Source of the DNA: Lingula anatina
Lineage: Eukaryota > Animalia > Brachiopoda
Assembly: GCA_051362555.1 (NCBI GenBank)
Contig: CM120640.1
Location: 43,936,788 to 44,000,787, forward strand
Direction of reading: 5' to 3'
Length of the DNA stretch: 64,000 nt
The translations under genes were made by a program, and so were the position numbers. This document shows, one piece after another, positions 28,001 through 42,300 of this stretch (positions are counted from its first letter, which is position 1; each line of letters starts with the position of its first letter). The notes under the pieces were generated by a model, which was given only the letters and a program-made list of their open reading frames with translations, was not told the DNA's origin and did not search any database.

Positions 28001-29159
28001 GCATTCTGCAATATTAACCCTTGATAGGAAGAAAGATAAAATTTGATCCTTCAGCAAAACCAAATTGATTCCAGTAGTGGTTGACCAGATTCCGTTACCT
28101 TTGAGATTACTGAACGTAACATTCTCCACTAATATCTAGCTTCATTTGAAAGAGTTGACTTCGGGGAAACTCTGGGCTTCATCGTGAACATGTATTATTT
28201 GTGCTTGATGCGTCAAAATGAATTGATCATACTTACACATGTAGAGCAATAAAGTTTGCTGATGCGTTTTTTTTTTCTTTCAAAATAAAACCAGTTTTTG
28301 TTATCACTGAACTTCATAGAATTTGACAATTTAATGTCTTAAAGATTTAACAAGTATAATTTGTAAAAAGACATCACATTTCATACGATTTGTCCCTACG
28401 TTTATTTGTGACCTCGAGCCAGATTATCGCACTAGTAAAAAAGAACAAAATCACCACTCGTTTATCGTTGGAATTATTTTGAAAGCAACTAACGCCAGTA
28501 GTGACATTAATCGTCTTGCATGATCATACTTATTGTATTCTACTTTTTTTTGTATGTTTTCTTTTTTTCTTTCTTTCTTTTGATATTTGATACTGGGAAA
28601 ATAAAGAATTCCTCTTTTTACACACAGGTTTTGAAAAAAGTCAGATTTATTTCTACGTGCATGATTTAACACACAGATTGAGTAGGAAAACTTCGAAAAA
28701 GTATCCGAGTTTAAAGGGCCAGTTTTGAACATTTTCTTTCCTGAGGAAATGATTTGCACGCGATGGTAATGATACACGCCTGTCGAAAAAGGAAAAGAGT
28801 TGACCGTTATAGCAACAGCGTGACGTGCAAAGGCAATATGGTTTTTTAAACTCAATCATCTGGAACCATTTAGATATGGAAATAAAAACCTCGGATACAA
28901 AGCAAGTAAAAACTTAGGCTGTAAATGAATAAAAATTTATTTATATCTCCCCCATCCTTCTACAGAGCTGCGGCATACAGTACGATTCATACAAACGACA
29001 AGAAACACCCCAGAAGAAGAATATTTGTTACTCGGTCAATCCAGACCACCTTTATTAAGATTGAATTTAATCGGTGAAATATACATAAGTAAGTGAAACA
29101 AATTCACTTTATTTCAAAAATAGCATAAGTAATTAATGTATAGTCGGAATCAAAATCCA

Positions 29160-29182
29160 TGTGTGTGTGTGTGTGTGTGTGT
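29160..29182. repeat. (GT)n microsatellite
   Basis: Directly visible. Confidence 0.95.
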
Positions 29183-29484
29183 TACAAACACAACTTTGTA
29201 CAGGATTCGAGTGACAACATTATGTGTGCTTTGAAAAAGATACTCAACACAACCATAAACTTTTTCTCCCTTAACTAGATGAACAGTCGCGTACAGATTT
29301 TGTTCATAACCCATCTACACTCTTGCTAAAATGATGGATGTTTTGGAAATTAGACATAAAATCATTATTTCAAAGTTCACTGAGATAACTGTCACAAAAA
29401 TTGATATAATTACCTGAAGCAATGACCAATAAACAATTTTCAAGTTGGGAAAGTGGACAAAATTGATTAATATACAATAGGAGG

Positions 29485-32238
29485 TTACAATTGTGCACCA
29501 TATACAATATATCTGTACAGAATTGCAGACAGCGTGTACACTGGTGTTCGCGGTTTCAAGTCGTATTTGTCCATCATATTGAAAAGTTGGCAATGCTTCG
29601 TCCCAAAAGGAGAGCTAGGTAACTTTTGGGGATGTAGATTTCTGGGCGCAAACAAAGAAAAACTGCTGTTTGCAATGGAATCGCGCAAGGAACTGTCTGT
29701 ATACCACCCCGCGGCATCGTACAGAGTAACCTTTGCGGTCATGCATCAGCACTGATGTTCCCCGTAAAACTACAGCCTGAGAGGGTCGTATGATCTACCA
29801 GATGTGCCGTCGAAAAAGAACATAATGGGCATCTTCTCTGAGGGGCAGATGGCAAAAAAAGACACATCAAATCCTGGGTTCCAAGAGTAAACAACAGACT
29901 CATGATGCGTGGCCTGGGCAAAGCAGTACTTCTAAGAAATCCTTTTTTGACCCAAAAGAGGAAGAACTGCCACTAAGAATGGATCCTACAACGTCATTGT
30001 CATCAAATGCGCCATTGGAGTCAAGTCTGGTTTTCTGTTAAAGCGAGATTCCTTCTTCGTAGTGTTGTTAGCAGACTCATTGTTTCTTGTCAAGTTCGGG
30101 GTAGGTTTGCTGAAAACTGTGTGGTGAGAACAGTTGCCCACATTTGCTTCTTCCTATAAATGGCCGATAGCTTACCAAATTTATAATCGATCACCAGAAG
30201 GAACCCAGAGAATAAAATAAACTGTTTAAACAAAATATTTCATCTTAGTCTGTACTTGTTTAAATAGCAGATGCATTCTCTTTGAATATCTTATCATTTT
30301 AGCATGAGTATATATTGTAATCGAACCATTTCATTACTATTGGTTATTAAGGGGTTCGATACGTTGTTAAGGCTTAGATTTGGCAATGCAGCCTTCCCGT
30401 TCCTTTTATATCAAATACTTATCCATATATAAGGGCATAAAATTCACTTTTAACCCCCCCCCCCCCCACTCCATGCAGATTTGCACACAAGATGGCCAGA
30501 CGTCAGTTTTGCTGCTATGTAAATTGGTGTTCGACAGTGATCGGTTTCCGACGTAACTCTGTAACTAAGTAAGATGTTATCATGGAAATTGGCTTGGTTG
30601 ACGCCCAAGATGTGAATTACAATATTATTGGGTGCCAGCATTTGGTTTAACATTTTCGTTTAGGACATATGAGCCTGCTGTTACGATGTTCCATTAAATC
30701 ATTTGCATTGATAAAATCAGAAGCAATTTTGCAAGCCTTTCAAGTAAACATCCTGGCACCGACTTGCAGTACGTATTGTTGTTATTTCTGCTATTAAAAA
30801 AGGCCTCAAATTAGTATTGGTAGTATTGGTAGCCGGTCAGGTAAAGGAGATATGTATAACAGTTTTCACCCCCCCCCCCCAAAAAAAAAAGTGAAATAAA
30901 TAAAAATAAAAAGGCTGTTGTGCCAAAAGCTTAAATAAGCAAATTCACGCCGATGTATTTTCGATGTGACAACATTATCTCATAACATTTCATGATCATT
31001 TCCTCGTGATCGTAACGTATCGAACCCTCTTATGTAACTCAATTATCACATTTAATAAAATATATTATGAGTACATGTATGATAAAACACCAAAATTTTA
31101 CAGTACTTCCCTTTACACCATAAAGGAAACAGATTATATAAAACAAGGACCCAAAGACATTCATTAAATCTTTATCTAACTTTCATAAAGTCTGTTTGCT
31201 TCCACTCTAATAGCCAGGAAGTTTTGGTTAACAGGGAGATCAGTTCAAAAGAAAAATATAAATACTTACATATACATGCAAATATGCATATCATCAAAGA
31301 ACACTGCTAAATAAAGTTATCTGAATTTGCAGTAAAGCCGAATTCGAAACATCGTCCTTACTGACAACCTTGCAAATTTACATGGCAATTAATTCCATGC
31401 CTAGCCTAACTATAACTTGGTTCGAATGAAAAATAACACAGATATACAAAACCCAACTATAGTCTTAAACCTTTCAATTGACAAAATATACTGAATGGTA
31501 CAGTGTAAATAGAAACATAGGAATATGACGGGAACTAATGTTCAGTAACTTTAATTTTACATAGAACAAAAGCTAGCTGTGCGTTGATCATCAAAATAAA
31601 TAAATAAATATATATATTAATTAATTAATAAATTAATGCCAGTGGTCAAGGTGCTGCTGGTGTTTGTATTCACCATGGCGTTGTTCCAATAAGAGACAGT
31701 ATCGCCACCTAATCTTATCTATGGCATAATTGAAATTGGAGTCGGAATGATTAGACTGTTCGGGCGTGTAATTAGCACCCATGTTGAATGATGCTGCTGC
31801 CGATTGAATCTGATATGAAATTGGTATGTGCATTATATATCAAAAGTAAAAGTGCAGTAGTGCAAACCTAATTGTAGTCAACAATCAACAGAGAGATAGA
31901 ACATGATTGAATTTGGAGTTGACAGTTCGTACTCTTTAATTGCCTTTAGGTGATTATTTTTACGAATTCATCCCTTTTTCCTCCGAACAGTTACCTATCA
32001 AAAATAAGTACCGCATTCTTCAACTAGCTAATCTACTTTGAGTAGTACTTTTAAAAAGGGATTACCCTCAGAACGTCATTCGAGTGGAATGAATGGTATT
32101 TCCGCAATCATTTCCTACACGAACATCTGCATTCTGTGTTATATTTCCTGGGGTTGACTGATTCCACGCAATTTGGACCAGTCATCAATAACCTTGCATC
32201 GTTTTCTTTATTTTCTTGTCAGCAATGACGATAAGGCT
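29485..32238 (-). pseudogene. Decayed scramblase-like exon remnants, segment C; boundaries approximate
   Basis: After a CAG acceptor at 32239: IVIADK / ENDARLLMTGPNCVES...CRCSC (cf. FTIQNEKREDVLKISGPCVVCSC). 29485-29742 reads KVTLYDAAG...FNMMDKYDLKPRTPVYTLSAILYRY (cf. [24 protein letters not shown]). Stops and frameshifts present. By-eye similarity only. Confidence 0.35.
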
Positions 32239-34030
32239 CTGCAGTAAGCATTTAGTAAATATTTTTTTTAGTTATGTAATTGCCATTTTAATGATTTTGT
32301 CTATCTATAAATAATGAAAGCGAACTGTTGGCGAGGTGGATTCCATTAAAACGGATAATGATACTTGTCTTAATGGTCAATGTCAACTTCAGTTTTCCAA
32401 CTTACGCAAAGGGCTAAATGAACTCATTTTCAATGAAAAACTTCAAACTTTTCATTACTTACCACTTAGTGGCTTTGTATTCAAACTACAGTGTAGTTCT
32501 TTTAAGCTGTTTTATTACTATATGTAATATTTTAGTCATAAATTGCTCATCAGTTATAAAATGCCATCTATTTTGACACAAACGTTTAGTCTACCAGCGC
32601 TTAAGCAAAGCAGATTCGCTTCAGCTATTTGCTAGATTTATACTGTTCATACATCTATATCCGAAACGCCGAGAAACTCTTAACTTACAGTACAAAGCAA
32701 TACTAGTGGTTGGTATACAAAACGATGTACCTTGGCTCACCCTTCCACGCTGCCTCGCTTTATATATATATATATATAACTTTAGATATTTTATTACTTC
32801 AAACCTGGGTAGTTTTTCTGTCACAAGTGTGAAGATAGTAGCACAGAACTATAGTTTTTACGCATGCTATTATAGTAAAAGGAACCCTGACAGCTGAACA
32901 AATTTTATTTCTCATTTTCATTTCCTTCAGTCGCCCATAGCTTCACAAACTATTGTAATCCAATAAGACTGTTGCAAGTGGCTAGAGGAAAATAATTAAC
33001 TAGATTGCTGACAAAAATTGTTTACATACATTGTTATCATTATTAATAACTTGTTTATATAGGTTTGGAATATCTGTATTGCTGTAATTTTATTTTTGAA
33101 AAACGTGTTTGATGACTGCCATTAAAGATCGAATAACTAAAGGCATTGGTGTATGTCTGTACGTGCAAATATAATCTAAAGGTCGCATTCCTATGTAAAC
33201 CTTGCTGGCAAGCGGCTCTGTGGCTTAAAGCACCGAAATAGCAGTTTCATTCTACTATGAACACGTCTGACAGCCAATTCCACGTATATAGTATAATAAC
33301 TTTAAGATTTTTTTTTCATGTTCAAATTAGACCTATGGCATATCGTGATATTTTTCAAGTATGCAAGTATTCAGGAAGAGTGTCTGACATTCAAACTAAC
33401 GACAACCATTGCTTTTAAATATAAATGAATAAATAGATAAAACTCATTTCGTAATGAAAATGATTATACTGAATCCATGACTCAGCTTCGAATGTGAGAG
33501 ATCATCATAAAGGTTGTGCCTTAGCCATGCAAAATACCACACACAAGCATGTCTGTTCCTTCAGGAAACCATCCATCAAATACGTTGAAAATCCATGGAA
33601 ATTTATCTTTCAGACACCATGCGTTTTATCGCAAGTTTACATTGTTCAGCGTTTGTTGCAATACTGTCTGAACAGTAGTATATACTACATGTCTATGTTA
33701 TATGAGTAAATTGCACAGTCTAGTACCATAAGTACTTACTGCGCATAGTGCAGAATACTCAGGTTTATACACATAAACGATTTAAATGTTCTTAAATCAT
33801 CTCACTTGGCTAAAAACATGTCTGATGGGCGAAAGTGACATGCAAGATGCAAGTCGTAAACCATGCAAGTGATATTCAATTTTCTTTCGTTTTTAAGATT
33901 AGGCCCCTTCTGCGTTACATGTTGATGATATGTATCTGGTATTAAATTCGCGTTACTTACGAGCTATTTCTAATGGCCTTTATTTCTGAGTACAAGCGCT
34001 CTAGGATACCGAGTGATTTATTCAAGATAT

Positions 34031-36337
34031 CTAAAATTTATCACACTCATCTTCTCTCTCTACCTGCAGATCATTTCGTGCAAGTGGAAAAGTGATCTTA
34101 TCGTCAGTTACATTCGTCTTTTTTGAGGAGTTAACCGCCTCTGGATTTCCAGCACTGACAGATATGGTACGCCTCTTGCTGGAGTGGAGAACGGTAAGCG
34201 GACGAGCAGTGAAACACTTGCTTTGGAATATCATGAAAATATACGGATTCACACAAGAGTTTGCGACTGCAGCGCCACCACCGATGGCATTCCAGACAGG
34301 GTCAAGGATTCGCGGGTCCCCAAATGTCAAAATCATTTCCACAACATGATACGGACAGCTACATATGATAAATGTTAGCACAATAACAATCGTCATCAAC
34401 AATGTTTTGATTTTGGCCCTACCTAACGAGTAAGACGGGGTTGCCGTTAGAAAAACCCGACTTCGATTGCTATCCAACAGCCTTTTATTGTTGTCCTGCA
34501 AAGACGCTTTCCGTCGAATTGTACAAAATATGCGAATGTAGAAGACGAGCAAGAGTAGAAGGGGGATGTAGAACACTATGAGTGAGGCGTAGGTTATATA
34601 GAGCTTCCTGTGCCAGGGAGGTTTGGTACGGAAGATATTTTCACACACTGTAGTACCGTTATCGTTTCTGGTGTGGAACACCGCAATCAATGGAGTGGAC
34701 ATAAGCGCTGCCAGCGACCAACCGACTAACGTGCTACGGAGGACCTGGAAATAAGAAAAAAAGCTTTTAAGGAGCGTTTGACGGGCATCTGAATCTATTC
34801 TAGTTCTCGAGTAATGAGCCCAGCTTTATCACGCAACGCGTGCCGGCCTCGTCACGCGACCAATGCACATTTATCGGGCAAATGGGTAAAAGATTGCAAC
34901 ATAATTCTGGATTTGTCAACTGACCATACTTTTCTTACGCGATGGTATGACACTGAACAAATTTGCTGAGATGCAACCAACATCGTTTTAATTAAGGCGA
35001 GACAGATGTTAATCTTACAAACAACAAAACATTTATCTTAAAGAGGAAACAAAAGTTTGCGGAACATAGACTTGTGATCACTGAATGCAATAAACCTCTC
35101 ATTAATACCATTATTTACAATAGTATTGACATTCACGCATATTCATAGTGATAGCCGTTTCAAGAGTGTGTAAATGATAATGTTGATATAATTGCCTTAT
35201 TTGTTTAAAGTGACTTGCCAGGCCCCTTTGTTCTTGTCATTTTTCTGTTGTTTAATTTCATTTTGAAGATGATGTGTCATTTTAATAACAGTGTCAGCGA
35301 CATGATCAATACATTTAAACATTGTCATTTAGTCCCTGAAATTTCCTTCGCATCGTGCGAAGTTCTTCGGTCTGTTTTTCTTGGTTTAAACATTGCTTTT
35401 CGGAAAAGCATCTCGTAGTTATTTTCATTAATCTATGGATGGTTTCAATATGTTTAATTGACCGATGCATTATAAATTAATGAAGCAAGAGAACCTGTAA
35501 GCTTATCATCACTTAGATTATATGATGTACAGGAAAGACCAAATGTGCGACGAAAATGCTCCTTACAAGGACAATACAATCGGATGCTTCAAAACCAACG
35601 AACCTGTTAGGACATAAAGCTGTACCTGTACAAGCATTTCGGCTATGCGTTTAAGGTGTTTGCATTAGGGAAATTGCATAAAATGTGACTCTTTCAGTCA
35701 CGTCAGTGACACACAAATTTTGTGTAATATTTGCACAACTGTATTATAACCCGTTTTAACTACTGATTTTTGACACATTGGGGAGTATAATGATATATAT
35801 TACCAAATATAACGGGGGAGTCAGGAATATATAAATATTACACAAAATATGATAGCCACTTTTTTGCAGAATGACCAGAAAACATACGAACATACTATAA
35901 CTTACTGAAAACCGCGCCTTAAGAGGGCTGGTAATGGCCTGGTGTCGGTCAAAAGCTAGAAGGGTCACCATAAAAGAGCTCGACATCATGGCAAAACTTT
36001 GTAAGAATTTGACATTCCTACAGAGGAAATCTCCAGCTATCCACTCTCTGCTCGGCATACACTCCCATATCAACTGGGAAACACATGCGACATCAACTAC
36101 CAGCCAATCCGCCAAGGTGACGTGCAGGATAAGTTTATTCACTCTAGATTTCCGTCGCCTGTCTCTCCACAAACAGAAAAACGCTCCAAGAATTCCAATG
36201 GTACCTATGGCGATTTCCACAGCCAGAACGATGAGTCTAGTCGGAACGTGGAACAGAGCGTCCGAGGGGTTCATTCCATTAGAAACATCATCGTTACGTG
36301 TGTCATTTGTCGAATTTGTCACCTCTATCCAAATCAT
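34031..36337 (-). CDS. Class A (rhodopsin-beta) neuropeptide GPCR, vasopressin/CCAP/GnRH-receptor superfamily; 381 aa
   Basis: Coding exons 36337-35906 (144 codons, ends TCA|GTAAGT) and 34744-34031 (TTCCAG|GTC, phase 0, stop TAG). Seven TM segments, N-terminal NxS/T sites, SRVNxLILHxxLAD, WxAGDFLC, DRH, TM4 Trp, ECL2 Cys, FYIP, RAKIKTL.MT, NSCVNPYIF. 5'UTR acceptor at 36600; AATAAA (minus) at 33979-33984. Confidence 0.93.
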
Positions 36338-39300
36338 GTTTTACTTTTCAGGAACGTTTGTGCAGTTGAGAACTAGATAAATGCTTGCCTGCGCCCCCAA
36401 TCCGTGTCATGCACGTCAAATGCGTCGATGTCTTTCTGAAAAGAATCTTTTTCTGCCTCATAAGTCAGTCCTCCTTACTCAAGACACGGACAGCAATGTT
36501 GTCTCATTGTTCTCTCCCAGGCATCCGCTTTTGTACGAAAACCCATCAGTGCGGTACGAGATCGATAACTGAACAGTAAACACCGTTGGCTGGAATTACC
36601 TGAAAATGGTGGAAAATATGATTAGCACAGTTACAACACCAGCATGCAACAGATGGGATTTTGTGTTTTCAACTTCTGATTTAAACTCAGTTGATAAAAT
36701 AATGATGCTTACAACATGTTAATAATACGCCCGTGCTGCTATGTGCAATATCCGTTTTGACGCATTTTGTGATAATAGGTGATGCGTTCACATTGCTGGC
36801 CCGTTTCAAATCCACTCACTTCAAATTCGTTTATGATGTCATTTAGATCACTACTCTGGAGAATTAAAACCTTCATTGTTTTTCCTAAGATACACTGCTT
36901 AATTTAGGCTTACGTACGTATCACGCATACTTCAATGCAAGATGTTGCAGATTAATGGGAAAACTAATAATGTATTTTTGATAGCATACATCAAAGGTGT
37001 CTTGTGAAATCGTCGGAAAAAGGAAATGAAACAATCGTCAAAAACTCTTGACGTTGAGGATCGTGGCAAATGTTAGTCCTAATATAACGTGATATATAAT
37101 ACATAATGTGAACTCTTTAAGATCGAGGGTGTTCAAGTCATTACTATGTAGCCACATACTGTACGTGGCATTTTTAAAATCCGAAAACATTCATGGTGAC
37201 ATTTATTTTTAAAAATGGTTGTAATTAATCATCCAAACATCATTTGCAACTATATAAAATTAGTCTAAAAATGAAAAAATAGAAATACAACGTCAAATTC
37301 ATTCCTTTTTTTTTTTGCAAAATAGTCCCCACATATGTTTTATCTTGGGCAATTTCATTTCTATGATTTCTATATCGACCCAAAATTTTTGGGAAAAAAA
37401 AGGAATGTTGGTGGTCCGAAATCCATCCCTTGGTAGCTTTGGCAATGTATGGATATATGATTCTCTTTAAATCCGAAAATACAAAACTGCAATTGGTTGA
37501 AAATGAGGTCCCTTGTGTCTGTTTGCTGTCTATGTCTGTTATGTAAGAAATCCAATCACCCGCAGTCTCGTCATCTTTGTAGACAACTTGAAATTTATCT
37601 CTGTGTAAATGACGTAAACGTTGGCATGTATTGTTAGTCCCGTAGTTGCTCTGCAACCTCGTAATTGACGACCGTTATATTTAATTCATCATTTGCACTG
37701 TCCTAGAGTAATAACATGTTGGCATACACGAGTCATTTGAAATGGAAGAAACAAATGTCATCTTGTTTATCTCAGTAGTGCTGACGCGTCAAGTAGAGTA
37801 TAACGTGCCAACTGTGATACGCGCCGTTCATTTCTCGTCATTACAATGACTCCATCATAAAAGCAACAAGCTAAGTCGTTGAATTTACAGTTGTTTCAAT
37901 TCTCATGCGTCGTTGCAGAATTTTAGTTTCTATACACTTCTTACTGTTGTGATTTCGTTACATAGTTTTATGCAGGTTATGCCGATATACGTATTGTTTG
38001 TCGACTACGTTAATACGATGCCCCCCCTCCCTAAAAGAAAAATTACATCATCGCCAAACTTGTTGTAATTTGACATTTCGTATTATTCTAAAACAAAGTT
38101 TTTAGTTAAATCTTGCTTGTTTTCGAAGATAATTCGACTAGTTTTGAGAAGTTTTATCGAAAAGATGCTGTCGTTTCCGTTCATGTCTTCCTCATCATTT
38201 CCTCGTCATTGTACGTCTCTCCGATTCCTAGAATCCCTATGTAGTGGTGATTTTTATTGATTGAAATATATTTAATCAATTTTTCTCATCTTTTCAGGAG
38301 TGTCTCCTCACCCTCATTATCTTTCCATCACCCCTGAGAAGTCGATATAAAACCGTTGGTCTGTATGCAAGCAATTTCGGTCAATTGAAGCTTCAAGTAT
38401 TATCATTCTTTAGCCTTAGTTAGTTGATGATGGATGAATAAAAGCTGGTCATATTCGTTGAAGCATAGAAAACCCCATATATTGCCTGATGAAGGATCGG
38501 ATTTTTCTTTTCAAAACATCAAACTAACCATCAACAAACTTCAGGCTTTCCATGTGCTTCATTTCTCTCTCTCTTTCCCTTTCTCTTACGCACACACTCA
38601 CAACATTGATCGGAGACGTAAAATGTTATTGATGCTGGCTTGGTATTCAGACAAAAATTAATCATTGTATTATCTTTCACATGTCTGATTATCTGATCAA
38701 ATCACCTTTTACTCGTATTTTACACAGAGTGGCACTACGTCCATGTGGACGAACGTAATCCCATCAAAATCCGTTTTTCTCCTTTTTACGTAAAATGGTG
38801 CAAAATCTATCTCCCAAGACGATTCCGAGGCGCAATTCAATTGCGCAGATCAAAGGATAGCATGTCAATTGATTCGCAGTCTTCCGTCAGGACACGACTT
38901 CAACTCAGTCTCAAAGCTGTTAGGGATCTGCTGGGTGATTTAAGAGTTAATTGACAGTCACTGTGACGGTCATACTTCCTGGAACCATGTTTGGCTTAAT
39001 AATTCTATGTTTAAGCCAGAAAATAGAGGGAATAAGGAAAGGTCAGAAATGCCCAAGGGACGTTTTAGGTGCTAATAGCCAATATCTAGTGTTGAAAACG
39101 ATCGTTTTATTAGATATCTCCTGGCTTAAATTTGTTAGAAAAACAGAGACCGTTAAAGAGAGCACCTGCGAAGTATTATGGCACAGAAAGCCATCTTCTC
39201 ATGACCACGCCTGTTTCTTTTAATCAAATCATAGGTTTAAAAACTCATTCTTATCGGCAACGTTCGGTCGCTGATTTTTCACCTTCGCTTATCTGGGTAG

Positions 39301-42300
39301 ATAAGAACAAATCAGGCCTGCGCTTTTTATAAATTTCCGCAGGCTTCAGCTTTATTTGCTGAATTTACCGTTTTAAGATAACGTTTTCGGCTGTCAACTT
39401 GATATTTCATTCAATCTAGATAATAAGTCAGTTGATGCGCATCTCTGTGCAATTGGTGCGTGTTTTGCATATCAAATTTTTTTTGCAATATTTTTGCCAA
39501 ATAACATTTATCTAGCAAGTCAATAAAGAAAAAAGGAAGCTTTTTATCTGATTAAAAATAAAGTGAGTTCTGCCATGGGATTAGGATAATTAGACTCAAA
39601 TATGCAACGCTTAAAATGTTTACTGAGTTTTTGTGAAGAACATTTAAAACGTGAGACTTCGCACGCGGTTCATAATGGCGAGAGGTGACACTGGGTTTAG
39701 TTCGAACCGAACGAAATTTTGAAAATTGATCTTGCTAACTAATTAGGATTCATTGTCTAGAATGACAATACTGAATTTGACATTAGACAGAGAGGAAAAT
39801 AAGGAAAATGGTTGAAAATTCCAATTTGATCGTGCATATCGTGACATTTAATCGACAATATACTTTTAAGAAACGGGCATAGGAAATATGTCTATTTCTT
39901 GTTTAAATACCATGGGAATTGGAGGTCAAGAGAACGCCACAAAGACGTGCAATAAAGGAGAAAATGCCATCTTAGGCAGTATCATAAACTGTATCTTACT
40001 TTTTGCCAAATTAGATCCAATACAATCCCAATTGTAGAGTATTGCTTACAACTTACAACCCTTCGCCTTTTCTTATCTTGGTGCTATTGAGCATACCTTT
40101 GACTTTCTGAGCAACTGTAGGTAGTAAGTCGAAAAGTGTCCAAAAATTGAATATCAAAAAGTGTGGACGTTTTTCGCTCTTCACACCATGACGTTTGCCA
40201 TCAAGATGTTTATTGCACTTCTTGTATTAACATGCTGAATATTATATGGAATTGTAAAAGAACCGAGAAGACCCTTCTTCCCTATAATGGTTTATTCCAG
40301 ATTGAATGGAAAGGAAATATAATAATAGCACAACGGTCGTTTAAATTTCTCCAATCGCAAGTTCATACCGAAAATTGCCAAGGGCATATAATAAAAAGTC
40401 GAATGTGAACCTTATTACTGTAAACGTTACCAGTGTCTTGTGTTTCATTGCGAGGTAGATTGGCAGACGATAATGATGCCCTGATCTTAGGTTAAAACAC
40501 TCAAAACAAATCAGAAAAGGCGAATTCACCCTTCAAAAAACAAAATTGTTCACCCCGCTAACCGGCCTTTAAAAAAAGGGGTTGGGGGCACACATTTATA
40601 TTTTTTTCAAAATAATCCATACTCATACGAATATTAAGCCGTATCATTTGGTTTTAAAGATTGCCCCCTCGCCTCTAAATATCCATATTTCGCTAGTAAT
40701 AAAAGTTGCCATTTTCACATCAGAAATTGCTTTTATAGTAAAAGCGTGGGCTTTTACTATAGAAGCATACAAATGAGAAAAAGAACTAAATTGGAAATTC
40801 GGGTGAAAGGTCGATTAGCCTCAAAGAGAAAAAATCCTGATCACTTTAACGATGATTTGAAGCAATGACACAGGATCCCGAATTCCCTTGATAAATCAGT
40901 CTTCTAGAATGGAACTGATAAGTCATGCAGCGGAAACGTCTGTTATAACTAACTTGGGAGACCAAGGACCCTGAGGACACTTGCCAAACTGGACGGGAGA
41001 AATACTTGCGTTAGATCCTTGATGTTAAGTACGTCTTCTTCAATAGCATTTGTACGACAGCACCACACTACTCTGTTCTGTACCTCCGTTATTCAAATCG
41101 ATTAAGATCCAATTGAATAATATCTAATAAAAAGCTTAAAAGCGTATAAATGCCCCCTCTCTCCCTTTCTCTCTCTCTCTCTCACACGCAAACACACCCG
41201 CACGCACCCACGCACACACACACATCTTCCCCATATATTTGAAAAGTATCCTCTAGAGATGTAGTAATGCATGTAGTAGATAGTGTCAGACAGACGTAAC
41301 CAATCAATAAACCAGCTAATTCAAAATCAGTTGTCTTTACGTTAACACAAACATTGTTGGCCCAGGGACTACGTAATTACTAAGGATTGAAATATGGCAT
41401 TTCACCAAGGAAAAGAAAGGCCCAGTAGTAAGATGTGTTTTATGAATCAACACAACTTGAGATCCTTTCTTTTGATGTATAACGCACCGCTACTCTTCTC
41501 ACTGGTAAATTATATTAAAAATGTTGTACGCATCACATTTTTTGCACAGTTGCCTATACTGTTGCTCTGTCGTCTTGATGTTGACCAGTGTGACGGCAAT
41601 GTGCGTTCTTCAGGAATTTGCCTGGTGATATTTTATTCATCACATATTCTCCTTATATTATGCCCATGACAGTTCCAAGTATTTTCCCAGCATTTTCATT
41701 TTTCTGGTACTCACACGCCTTTAAAGCGTCAGTGTTGCCGTCCCTGTAGATAAAAAGATTGCAAGTCTGCCAGGAACAACATTGTGAAGCGAATGGTTTT
41801 CGAGCCAATACGGCAAGATCTAAAACTCATCTTTTAGTTTCAAACCCGATAGACAAACACCAGAGTTAGTATACACAAATGTGTTTTCTGGAAGTTTCAG
41901 CAAAATCACAAGTGTGTAATGGTACTCTGGTGTATTGAGTGGTCCCCTGTGTTTAATGAACTGTTTCTTTATATTTGTACCTTGGAAAACCAATAATGAC
42001 ACATGAACCAAATTAATGAGAACTTGATGCTTAAAAGATGTTTCCCAGTTCCTCCACTTATCTTGTACCGAACATTGATTTTTTTCGGATTAATTACCAG
42101 ACTATTAAAAGTGCATTTCACCGTATTAGCATTTTAAACATATTTAACCAAATTTCATTGTTTCTAAATTTAATTAGAGGTAGTAGGGTGGATATTATTT
42201 ATGTTCTCTTACAGAAACGTACATATTACTTAATCAAAAATACAAGGACGGTACGTATGTCCAGGTGTAGGTTTTTACATGCTGGTCAGTCAAGTGTATA

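Noticed and set aside
35934-36380. 148-aa plus-strand ORF
   Set aside because: Antisense shadow of the GPCR exon.
37240-37656. 138-aa minus-strand ORF upstream of the GPCR
   Set aside because: Runs through homopolymer tracts, has no recognisable motif, and lies in the inferred GPCR 5'UTR intron.
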